Shown here in pieces: positions 1 to 7,877 of a DNA stretch of 64,000 nucleotides. The position numbers and the translations under genes are program-made. The notes below the pieces were generated by a model that did not search any database, was not told where the DNA came from, and saw only the letters and a program-made list of their open reading frames with translations. Source of the stretch: Syntrophaceae bacterium (GTDB lineage: Bacteria; Desulfobacterota; Desulfomonilia; UBA1062); assembly GCA_039680665.1 (NCBI GenBank), contig JBDKSM010000143.1:31050-95049 (forward strand). Direction: 5' to 3'. Each line of letters begins with the position of its first letter. Position 1 is the first letter of the stretch.

Positions 1-932
1 CGGTTGACCGAGCATACGGGCGAGGCCTCGGTGATGCCATACCCCTGGCGGAGCTCCTGGTGGTATTTTTCCTTGAAATCGTTGTAGATCTGCGGCGGCA
101 GCGCCGATCCCCCCGCGATCAAGGTGCTGACCTTTGCATAATCCACGCCCTGGACATCCGGGTGATGGATGAGGCCGAAAAACAGCGTCGGTACGGCGCA
201 GATGGCCGTAATTCCGCCTTCGTTGACGGCGGCCGCAAATTCCTTGAAGTCCAGACGCTTCATCAGATAGATGGTGCCGCCATAGTTCAGCATCGAGAGC
301 ATGTTGACGCTGGCGCTGAAGGAGTGGAAGAGCGGTATGACGGTCATCGTCATATCCTGGTGCGTGCAATCCATCATGGTGCGCATAAGATCGGAGTTAT
401 GTTCCAGGTTGCCGTGCGTGAGCATGGCGCCCATGGGATACCCGGTAAGCCCCGAGGAATACACCATGGCGGCCACGGTATCGTGGGGGAAATCCTCTCC
501 CAGATTCATGGGAGCGGCGCTCAACCACTGTTTGAAGTTGCCCTCCTCGCCGGTGGTGATGACGATTCCCAAGGAACGCTCTTCCAGGACTTCACGGTAT
601 GATTCGGCGGCGCTTTTTTCCAAGATGACACCCTTGGAGTCGGAATCATCCAGGATATGCGCCAGCTCACGGGCGGTGTAGGCCGGATTCACCGGCACCA
701 CGGTGGCCCCCATGCCCGCGATGGCCATATAGGAGATAACGAACTCGGGGATATTGGGTAGGACCATAGAGACATGGTCGCCCGGTTTCAGGCCTGCGTC
801 CCTTAAGCCCCCAGCCAGACGACGGGTGGCATCCCGTATCTCCGCAAAGGTCATATCTTTTTCACGCGTCTTGATGCAGACCTTGTCCGGTCTTTCCTTG
901 CCATGTACCTCCAACCACGAATATAAGTTCAT
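1..932 (-). CDS. AMP-dependent acyl-CoA synthetase/ligase, N-terminal ~310 aa (3' end runs off the window)
   Basis: Absent from the ORF track because it is open at the window edge. My minus-strand translation from ATG (complement of 930-932) reads MNLYSWLEVHGKERPDKVCIKTREKDMTFAEIRD...AAMVYSSGLTGYPMGAMLTHGNL...GYGITEASPVCSVN. These are the AMP-binding and GYG.TE motifs of adenylate-forming ligases. The plus-strand ORFs 60..602 and 301..681 are shadow frames. Confidence 0.85.
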   Translation of the reverse strand, partial: MNLYSWLEVHGKERPDKVCIKTREKDMTFAEIRDATRRLAGGLRDAGLKPGDHVSMVLPNIPEFVISYMAIAGMGATVVPVNPAYTARELAHILDDSDSKGVILEKSAAESYREVLEERSLGIVITTGEEGNFKQWLSAAPMNLGEDFPHDTVAAMVYSSGLTGYPMGAMLTHGNLEHNSDLMRTMMDCTHQDMTMTVIPLFHSFSASVNMLSMLNYGGTIYLMKRLDFKEFAAAVNEGGITAICAVPTLFFGLIHHPDVQGVDYAKVSTLIAGGSALPPQIYNDFKEKYHQELRQGYGITEASPVCSVN

Positions 933-994
933 AAGCACCTCTTTTTTGTATAGTTACCCTCTGGCACGCCCAAGTCTGCACGCGGCCGATACAC

Positions 995-2299
995 TTATCG
1001 GCAAGAGTCCTTTCTGAATTCACAGCATTTTTGCGCTATGTCGCCGGGCTTAAAGACGCCGTCTTCGATGATGACACCCCGGATGTAGGAAGGCGGGATG
1101 CGCTCGAAAGTGCCGTTCTCTATCATGACCCCGGCCGGCGGGGTCTCCCATACCTCGGCGTTCATCCCCTGTTCCAGGGATGGAGCCTCATCGACGGGCA
1201 CGATCTTGCGGCTTTCGGCCAGGATATAGACCGGTATGCCCAGGGCGTGAGCGCAGCAGGCGATGGTCGAGGATCCCATCTTGTTGATCACGCCGCCGTC
1301 GGTAGTGATGGCATCCGCGCCCATGAGCACCATGTCCACCCTCTTGAGGGCCGCGAATACGGATGCATCGGTAATCAACTGCACGGGCAGTCCGGCTAAA
1401 GCGCACAAGGTGGCCGTATGGCGCCCTTCAAGGCCCGGCCGTGATTCGGTCACGATCACCCGACATCCTCGGAGTTTGAGCCCTGCAAGGGCTTTTGCGA
1501 TCGAGGAGCTGTAGGAATGGAGCAGCAGGCACTTACCCTCGGGAATGAGCTTGGTCAATTGAGCAATGGCTTGATGGGCGGCCTCTTCCAGCGCCTGCCG
1601 GTGCCGTTCGATGACGGCCGTCAGTCCCGCGCGAGCGGCATCGATGCTCGCTGACGTGGGGATATCGTCGAGAAACATTCGCAAAGTCCGATCGATAATA
1701 ACCATGGAGGGCCGTATCCGACGCAAGCGCTGGGCGGCGTCGGAGATATCGGTAATCAGGGTTTCCGAGGTAACGGCCGTGGAACTGCGGCAGAGCCGCA
1801 AAAGGAAATCAAGACAGGCGTTCGCCAGTTCATGAGCGCCATGGGTGGTATCCGCCGCCAGCTCAGCGGCGAAAGCCTCGACTTCCCGCATGAGGCCGAG
1901 TTCGGATACGCGCACATAAACCTCCCACAGACCGGGGACGGTTGGCAGGCCGGAGATATCCGTGGGTGCCACCCACTTCAGTTCGGTGTTTTCCCAATCC
2001 AGACGGATGTGCTCGGGATCATGCACCTCGCAGACAAAGGAGTATACGGCCCATTGCCGGCCCTGCGCGTCATCCGTAACCGCCACCGGTGGGGCTTTTC
2101 TCAAAAGGGTATAATCGTCATCAGCGAGTGAGGTCTCCTCGGCGAGCTCGACACGGAAGTGTCGGTCAGGGTCGCCTTCCAGATATCCGCTGATGCCTGA
2201 CCATAAGCCCTGGTAGGTGCCGACGCGCGCGCTGCGTTTGACCAGGGCCACCTTGCCGGCGGATATCAGAAAAACGGTGACGACCGCGATTGGGTTCAT
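995..2299 (-). CDS. NUDIX hydrolase domain fused to an eIF-2B alpha/beta/delta-family (ribose-1,5-bisphosphate / methylthioribose-1-P isomerase-like) domain
   Basis: ORF 995..2335. The N-terminus GLWSGISGYLEGDPDRHFRVELAEETSL resembles the Nudix box. The C-terminus (LLLHSYSSSIAKAL...VIVTESRPGLEGRHTA...VDMVLMGADAITTDGGVINKMGSSTIACCAHALGIPVYILAESRK) is the IF-2B family core. Start placed at MNPIAVV (2299), which forms an ATGA overlap with the upstream ORF. Confidence 0.75.
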   Translation of the reverse strand: MNPIAVVTVFLISAGKVALVKRSARVGTYQGLWSGISGYLEGDPDRHFRVELAEETSLADDDYTLLRKAPPVAVTDDAQGRQWAVYSFVCEVHDPEHIRLDWENTELKWVAPTDISGLPTVPGLWEVYVRVSELGLMREVEAFAAELAADTTHGAHELANACLDFLLRLCRSSTAVTSETLITDISDAAQRLRRIRPSMVIIDRTLRMFLDDIPTSASIDAARAGLTAVIERHRQALEEAAHQAIAQLTKLIPEGKCLLLHSYSSSIAKALAGLKLRGCRVIVTESRPGLEGRHTATLCALAGLPVQLITDASVFAALKRVDMVLMGADAITTDGGVINKMGSSTIACCAHALGIPVYILAESRKIVPVDEAPSLEQGMNAEVWETPPAGVMIENGTFERIPPSYIRGVIIEDGVFKPGDIAQKCCEFRKDSCR

Positions 2300-2556
2300 G
2301 CATTCTCCACGGCGCTCAGGCGGAATTGGTAACAATCGAAATCCTCGTCGCTGTCCTGTTGATAATAGCGGTTGCGCGTACAGAAAACCTTCAGCGTTTC
2401 ATCATCGCCATGCAGGCATACTGTGCAGAAGTCTTGAGAGGTAAGCGGCGCCTCATCCCCGGATGTATACTTCTTGAAGCGCGGACAGGCCCGACAGCCT
2501 TCCAAGGATTCGTCTCTTTTCGGGCACCAGCGGCAGAGGGATGCGCGGAAACTCAT
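2296..2556 (-). CDS. small cysteine-rich protein (86 aa, 8 Cys, acidic C-terminus), putative metal-binding; family not recognised
   Basis: ORF 2296..2556 with paired CxxC motifs (CRWCP...CRACP, CTVC). SD-like AAGGTGAAG lies upstream of the ATG. Its stop overlaps the NUDIX gene start as ATGA (2296-2299). Confidence 0.5.
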   Translation of the reverse strand: MSFRASLCRWCPKRDESLEGCRACPRFKKYTSGDEAPLTSQDFCTVCLHGDDETLKVFCTRNRYYQQDSDEDFDCYQFRLSAVENA

Positions 2557-2665
2557 GGCTCTTCACCTTAGTCCGCGGCCTCAAAAAGGGCAAGGACAAT
2601 TTCGGGAGCAAGGCCTGCCCATACACTGCGTTGACACCCCCGGATCAATACGATATAAACCCTTC

Positions 2666-3175
2666 ATGAAGGTTCTCTTCCGTGCCGATGAGATTGCTGA
2701 GAGGGTGAAGGTCTTGGGCCGTGAGATCTCATCGTGCTACCGAGGCGGGGATCTCATGGTCATCGGAATTTTGAAGGGAAGCTTTATGTTCCTATCGGAT
2801 CTGGTACGACAGATTGATGCGCCTGTACAACTCGATTTCGTACGTTTGTCAAGCTATATGAACGCCCGCGAACCTCAGGGGACGGTAAAGATAACCATGG
2901 ATATCGAGAACGATATCAAGGGCAGAGATGTGCTGATCGTCGATGATATCCTCGATACCGGGCAGAGCATGTTGGCCTTCAGGCGACATCTCGAAGATAA
3001 GTCCGCGCAATCGGTCAGGGTCTGCACCCTGCTTGACAAAACGTATCGGCGGCAAGCGCCGATACAACCAGACTTTTACGGCTTTCGTATTGATGATGGT
3101 TTCGTGGTGGGGTATGGACTCGACTATGCGGAGCAATACCGGGCCCTGCCCGATATCTATGTCCTCGACACTTAA
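2666..3175 (+). CDS. hpt: hypoxanthine(-guanine) phosphoribosyltransferase
   Basis: ORF 2474..3175. The conserved part begins at the internal ATG 2666 (MKVLFRADEIAERVKVLG...). PRPP-binding motif VLIVDDILDTGQS is present, and the C-terminus GYGLDYAEQYRALPDIYVL is typical of Hpt. Confidence 0.9.
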   Translation: MKVLFRADEIAERVKVLGREISSCYRGGDLMVIGILKGSFMFLSDLVRQIDAPVQLDFVRLSSYMNAREPQGTVKITMDIENDIKGRDVLIVDDILDTGQSMLAFRRHLEDKSAQSVRVCTLLDKTYRRQAPIQPDFYGFRIDDGFVVGYGLDYAEQYRALPDIYVLDT

Positions 3176-3197
3176 CGAATAGACGGAGGTAGCGCTC

Positions 3198-4115
3198 TTG
3201 AAGGTTATAGAGTGCCCGAATTGCCAGAGCAAGTTCAAGGTCGGCGACGCGGTCCTGGAAAGAGAACAGGTAAAGCTGCGCTGCAGTTACTGCGCGCATG
3301 TCTTTACCTATAAAACCAAGCAGGAGCTTTCTTTAGAGCAGGAATTCGAAAGCCTCTTATCCAGTGAAGGCAAGAAACCGCTGGCCGAAGATTTTGAGCT
3401 CGAAGAGACTGAAATCAAAGAGGTAGGTGAAGAACCTGAGGCCGAGGCCAATGTCGGCCCGCTGGGTGTGCCGTTCAAGGAGAGCGAGGCCCAGCCAGAT
3501 TCCGTAATCCGGGAGATCGACTCCATTCTGGGAGCATCGGAAGAGGTGGGAACCTATCGTGCGATCGAGCGTCCATCAGCGGCTGAAGAAGAAGCACCGA
3601 GAACCAGACGCTATTGGATCTGGGGTCTGCTGAGCCTAATCGTGATCGTGCTGGGAGTGGGCGGTTATTTCTTTAAGGATATCATGCAGGCCCTCAAAAG
3701 CACCTCTCAAGGGGTGCCTAATCTGGAACGCGGACCGTTTTTCGCCATTCCCGGCGACGACATCACCTATGAAATCATGATCAATCGTGTGGAAGGAACC
3801 ACCTTGGTGGTCAAGGGCTTGGCGCAGAAGCTGGTCAAACGACCGCTCAAGTCCCTGCTCGTCGAGGTCCGGATCTATGACCGGAATAAAGCCCTCCTGG
3901 CCACCAAAACGGCCTATGGCGGAATCCTGCCCGATCAGGAAGAATTCATCGCCAATAAGGAGGCCGACATCGATGCCCTGTTAACGGCCGAACCGCAGTC
4001 GCTGGGCGCCTTGAGTTCCGCCGATGAAATCCCGTTTGCTGTGGCATTCTTCGGCAAGGCCGCCCAAGAAGGGGTATCGTTCCAGGTTGAGGTAAAGGAA
4101 TTTCATTGGCAATAA
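3198..4115 (+). CDS. MJ0042-type zinc-ribbon protein with one TM segment and a DUF3426-like C-terminal domain
   Basis: The N-terminus IECPNCQSKFKV...LRCSYCAHVF is the MJ0042-family zinc finger. It is followed by an acidic linker and a TM helix (YWIWGLLSLIVIVLGVGGYFF). TTG start. Confidence 0.7.
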   Translation: MKVIECPNCQSKFKVGDAVLEREQVKLRCSYCAHVFTYKTKQELSLEQEFESLLSSEGKKPLAEDFELEETEIKEVGEEPEAEANVGPLGVPFKESEAQPDSVIREIDSILGASEEVGTYRAIERPSAAEEEAPRTRRYWIWGLLSLIVIVLGVGGYFFKDIMQALKSTSQGVPNLERGPFFAIPGDDITYEIMINRVEGTTLVVKGLAQKLVKRPLKSLLVEVRIYDRNKALLATKTAYGGILPDQEEFIANKEADIDALLTAEPQSLGALSSADEIPFAVAFFGKAAQEGVSFQVEVKEFHWQ

Positions 4116-4266
4116 AGGCAGTCCGCAGCGCTTCCCGGCGCAAACCCGCCGGCCCCCTGCCCTTCAAGCGGCCCGCCGATGACAAATATGCGTGCCGGGC
4201 AATGCCGGCGCGTGTGGGTGGAAAGTTCGGCGTGGCGGATGAAAAATCGGACGGCAGCGGGGTTTC

Positions 4267-4680
4267 ATGATCTGCATGGGTATCGACTACGGAACGCGTC
4301 GCATCGGGATCGCCATCAGCGACCCATCATCCTCGATGGCACTGCCTTTGGCGACTATCGAGGTCAAAGGTGATCAATCCCACCTCGATGCGATTAGAAA
4401 ACTGGCAGATGATTACCAGGTCGAGCGCGTGGTGATCGGTCTGCCCTATAATATGGATGGTACACTCTCCGAGACCGGCAACAAGGTCATGGAATGGGCC
4501 CGGTCCCTTCAGGGCATCCTGGGGCGGCCGGTCATCCTCTGGGATGAAAGGCTCACGACCTTTGAGGCCCATGGTGTGCTCGACACCCTCAGGATCAAGG
4601 GTGCCAAACGCCGCGCCAAGGTCGATCAAGTCGCCGCCAGCCTGATCCTCAAGGACTACCTCGATTCCCTCTCGCCATGA
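4267..4680 (+). CDS. ruvX: Holliday junction resolvase-like RNase RuvX/YqgF
   Basis: MGIDYGTRRIGIAISD...ERVVIGLPYNMDGT...DERLTT are the YqgF family signatures. Confidence 0.9.
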   Translation: MICMGIDYGTRRIGIAISDPSSSMALPLATIEVKGDQSHLDAIRKLADDYQVERVVIGLPYNMDGTLSETGNKVMEWARSLQGILGRPVILWDERLTTFEAHGVLDTLRIKGAKRRAKVDQVAASLILKDYLDSLSP

Positions 4681-5675
4681 GATCCATGATACATACCGGC
4701 GGTCTGGTTGTCGGCGCCGTCCTCATTATTCTGGTCATGCATGTTATGTGGTTCATCTATACCCCGATCTCGCCGGGCCGACCCATACGGATAGACATAA
4801 CCTTCGGTACCAGCGCCTGGCGGATATCCAAAACCCTGGCCAAGGAACATGTCATTACCGATGCCCCGGCCTTCATGACCATCGCGCTGCTTACCAGAAG
4901 GGCCCGCAACCTGCAGGCCGGAACCTATGTCTTCGAGGGCCGCCACTATCCTATCGAGGTCATGGACATCCTCTATCAGGGCAAGTCGCTGCGTTACAAG
5001 ATCACCATACCTGAAGGCTCCGACATCATAGCCATCGGCGATATCCTGACCACCACGGGTATGTTCTCGCGTAGGGAATTCATCAAAACCGCCCAAAAAC
5101 GCAGCACAGCCGAATTCTTCAGCCTGAACGCCCCCAGCATGGAAGGCTTCCTCTTCCCCGATACCTACTACCTGGGGCCCAATATGACCGCCATGGAAAT
5201 CATCAGCCGCATGGTAGCCCGTTATCGCAAAGTGTATACCTCGGACATGCAGGCGCGAGCAAGGCGTATCGGCTTAAGCGATCTTGAGGTCATCACCCTG
5301 GCGTCCATGATCGAGAAGGAGGCCCGCTCCACCGTGGAGAAGCCGATCATTTCATCCGTCTTCCATAACCGCTTGAAACTGCGCATGCCACTGCAGTCCG
5401 ACCCTACGGCCGTCTACGGCCTCGAGGGCTTCAGGCGCACGATCACCCCTGGAGACTTGCGACGCAAAAGCCCTTATAATACCTATCTCAACAAAGGCCT
5501 GCCTCCCGGTCCCATATGCAACCCCGGTAAAGATGCCATTCTGGCGGCTCTCTGGCCGGCTAAAACTTCACACCTCTACTTCGTATCCAAGGGCAACGGC
5601 TATCACTACTTTTCGTCCTCATTCAAAGAACACAATGCCGCCATAGCCCGAGCTCGGATCTCCTCGCGCAAATAG
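4677..5675 (+). CDS. mltG: endolytic murein transglycosylase MltG (YceG family)
   Basis: N-terminal TM helix. LASMIEKEA...SVFHNRL...LQSDPT..Y...YNTY...GLPPGPICNPG are YceG-like motifs. ATGA overlap with ruvX. Confidence 0.9.
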   Translation: MRSMIHTGGLVVGAVLIILVMHVMWFIYTPISPGRPIRIDITFGTSAWRISKTLAKEHVITDAPAFMTIALLTRRARNLQAGTYVFEGRHYPIEVMDILYQGKSLRYKITIPEGSDIIAIGDILTTTGMFSRREFIKTAQKRSTAEFFSLNAPSMEGFLFPDTYYLGPNMTAMEIISRMVARYRKVYTSDMQARARRIGLSDLEVITLASMIEKEARSTVEKPIISSVFHNRLKLRMPLQSDPTAVYGLEGFRRTITPGDLRRKSPYNTYLNKGLPPGPICNPGKDAILAALWPAKTSHLYFVSKGNGYHYFSSSFKEHNAAIARARISSRK

Positions 5676-5735
5676 CACCGCTACACATCTCCTTCAGCCT
5701 AAAGTAAATACCGCCAGGGTTCGATATGGTTATGG

Positions 5736-6350
5736 ATGAGGATAGCACGAGCGGCAGTGATCGACGACGAGGCTGAAGTCCTCGATCTCATTGAGCAGAT
5801 ACTCAGGGAAGAGGGTCTAAGCGTCAGGCGTTTCACGCGCGCCGAAGAGCTCCTGGATGATCTTCCTGAAGAGGCTTTCGACGTTATCATCAGCGATCTG
5901 ATCCTGCCCGGCTTGTCCGGGTTGGAGCTCTTAGATATGCTGCACTCCATGAACATTGACACCCCGTTTGTACTTATTACCGGCTATGCCTCACTGGATA
6001 CGGCCATTCAAGCCGTCAACCGCGGGGCGTTTCACTATATCAAAAAACCGTTTACGATCGATGAGATCCGCCTGGTCATCAGCCGCCTACGCCAGCGCCA
6101 GGACCTTCTGGAAGAGGTCTTGAACCTCAAGGAACAGATCGGCCGCTTGCAGGCCCTGCTGGACGGCAAGGCCGAGAGGGACGCACGCGAAATTCCGCTC
6201 GAGATACCGCGCATGGCCTCAAGCGGCGGGTACGATATCAACAAGCTCGCCGACACCATCAAGCACCTGGGATCATTGCGGGCCGAAGGGATCATCTCGG
6301 ACGAGGAATTCGGTGAATATAAGGGCCGGTTGTTAAAGAGGATCGTGTAA
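5736..6350 (+). CDS. response regulator: receiver domain plus coiled-coil and C-terminal SHOCT-like domain
   Basis: Receiver motifs VIDDE...VIISDLILPG...ITGY...YIKKPF. The C-terminus LGSLRAEGIISDEEFGEYKGRLLKRI matches the SHOCT short oligomerisation motif. Confidence 0.75.
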   Translation: MRIARAAVIDDEAEVLDLIEQILREEGLSVRRFTRAEELLDDLPEEAFDVIISDLILPGLSGLELLDMLHSMNIDTPFVLITGYASLDTAIQAVNRGAFHYIKKPFTIDEIRLVISRLRQRQDLLEEVLNLKEQIGRLQALLDGKAERDAREIPLEIPRMASSGGYDINKLADTIKHLGSLRAEGIISDEEFGEYKGRLLKRIV

Positions 6351-7810
6351 TGGGACAGCTGACCTGCACGCCCGAGAAAAACGGCACCTTGATGTCCGAC
6401 AAGGTCATGATCGTGGATGACGATCCAGGCATCCGCGAGACCCTCTCGGCCCTGATCGAAGACCTGGGGTATGCGACCATAACCGCCGAGGACGGCCTGC
6501 AAGCCTGCGATGTCTTCGAGCAAGGACCATTCCTGTGCGTGTTCACCGATATCATGATGCCCAATATGACCGGCATCGAGCTCATCAAGAAGATCAAAAG
6601 CCGTGACATCTCCACCCCGGTGATCGTCATCACCGGCCATGCCTCGATCGAGGTGGCCATCGACGCCATGCGGCACGGCGCATCGGACTTCATATCGAAG
6701 CCGTTCAAGACCAAACAGATCGAATTCATCATCAACAAGGTCAAGCGCGAAAAATCCATTCTGGAGGAAAACAAACGTTTTTCGGATGAGCTCCATCTGC
6801 ACCGCATGATCGATAACCTGGCCGGACAGCTCGAAGACAAGTCCCAGGAGATCACATCCCTACAGACCATCTCGGACCGGATTACGAGCCTCAAAGGCAT
6901 CCGAGACATCGTGAACGCCATCGTGGAGGTCAGCAAGGAGCTCTTCGATGAATCCCGGGTGACATTCTGTCCGGTGAACCGGCAGAACCTGCAGCTCATT
7001 ACCCCGGAGGGGGAAGAGATGGACCTCGATCAGCGTTTGATCAGAGGCAATATCGTACAGGAAGTGCTCTGTATCCATGGTATCAATGAGAACAAGACCA
7101 CCTTCCCGCTCTTAATCGAAGGACAGATCTTCGGGACCTTGTGCCTCATTACACGCCGGTTCCTATCACGGGACGAACAGAGCAAGATCCTCTACCTCCT
7201 CCAGCGCACCGGCGAACGCATGGAGAATGTGGCACTTTACGAGGGCCTCTACGAGAGCGTCCTAGCCACACTCTACAGCATGGCCAAAGTTCTGGATGCC
7301 CGTGACCCTTACACCTCACAGCATTCCACGCGCGTCACCGCCTTATCGATCGATCTGGCCAAGGCCATGCAACTGCCCGATGAAGACCGCGACGTACTCT
7401 ATATCGCCTCATCGCTGCACGATATCGGCAAGGTGGGCGTACCCGACAGCATCTTACGCAAACCGGACAAGCTCTCGGTGGAGGAGTTCGATATCATCAA
7501 GCGACACCCGGATATCGGGGCCGATATCTTGAAGGCCATCGCGGTCATGTACCGGGAAACCGAGGTCATCAGACACCATCATGAACGTTTTGATGGAGCC
7601 GGCTATCCTTCAGGGATGGTCGGCGTCGAGATCCCGCTGCTCTCCCGTGTCATCGCCCTAGCCGACACCTTTGACGCCATGACCACCGACCGGCCGTATC
7701 GCAAGGGGCTTTCGGCCGACCAGGCCATTCAGGAGATCATCCGCTGCAAGGGTACGCAGTTCGATCCCGACATTGCCGAGATCTTCATCGGTATCGCCAA
7801 GGAATTTTAA
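6350..7810 (+). CDS. response regulator with GAF-like middle region and HD-GYP domain (putative c-di-GMP phosphodiesterase)
   Basis: Receiver KVMIVDDDPGIRE...FTDIMMPNMTG...ISKPF. HD-GYP signatures are SLHDIGKVGVP and HHHERFDGAGYP. Start 6350 overlaps the upstream stop as TAATG; the alternative start is MSDKVMIVDDD at 6392. Confidence 0.85.
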   Translation: MGQLTCTPEKNGTLMSDKVMIVDDDPGIRETLSALIEDLGYATITAEDGLQACDVFEQGPFLCVFTDIMMPNMTGIELIKKIKSRDISTPVIVITGHASIEVAIDAMRHGASDFISKPFKTKQIEFIINKVKREKSILEENKRFSDELHLHRMIDNLAGQLEDKSQEITSLQTISDRITSLKGIRDIVNAIVEVSKELFDESRVTFCPVNRQNLQLITPEGEEMDLDQRLIRGNIVQEVLCIHGINENKTTFPLLIEGQIFGTLCLITRRFLSRDEQSKILYLLQRTGERMENVALYEGLYESVLATLYSMAKVLDARDPYTSQHSTRVTALSIDLAKAMQLPDEDRDVLYIASSLHDIGKVGVPDSILRKPDKLSVEEFDIIKRHPDIGADILKAIAVMYRETEVIRHHHERFDGAGYPSGMVGVEIPLLSRVIALADTFDAMTTDRPYRKGLSADQAIQEIIRCKGTQFDPDIAEIFIGIAKEF

Positions 7811-7840
7811 AAAGCCGTGCGTTCTTCTTGAAAAAAAGAA

Positions 7841-7869
7841 GAGACCGGGCCACGGTATGACCCGGTCTC
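7841..7869. terminator. GC-rich hairpin between convergent genes (candidate terminator)
   Basis: GAGACCGGG-11 nt-CCCGGTCTC. It is preceded by an A/T-rich TCTTCTT/AAGAAGA stem and lies between the stops at 7810 (+) and 7878 (-). Confidence 0.4.
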
Positions 7870-7877
7870 AGCGTGGA

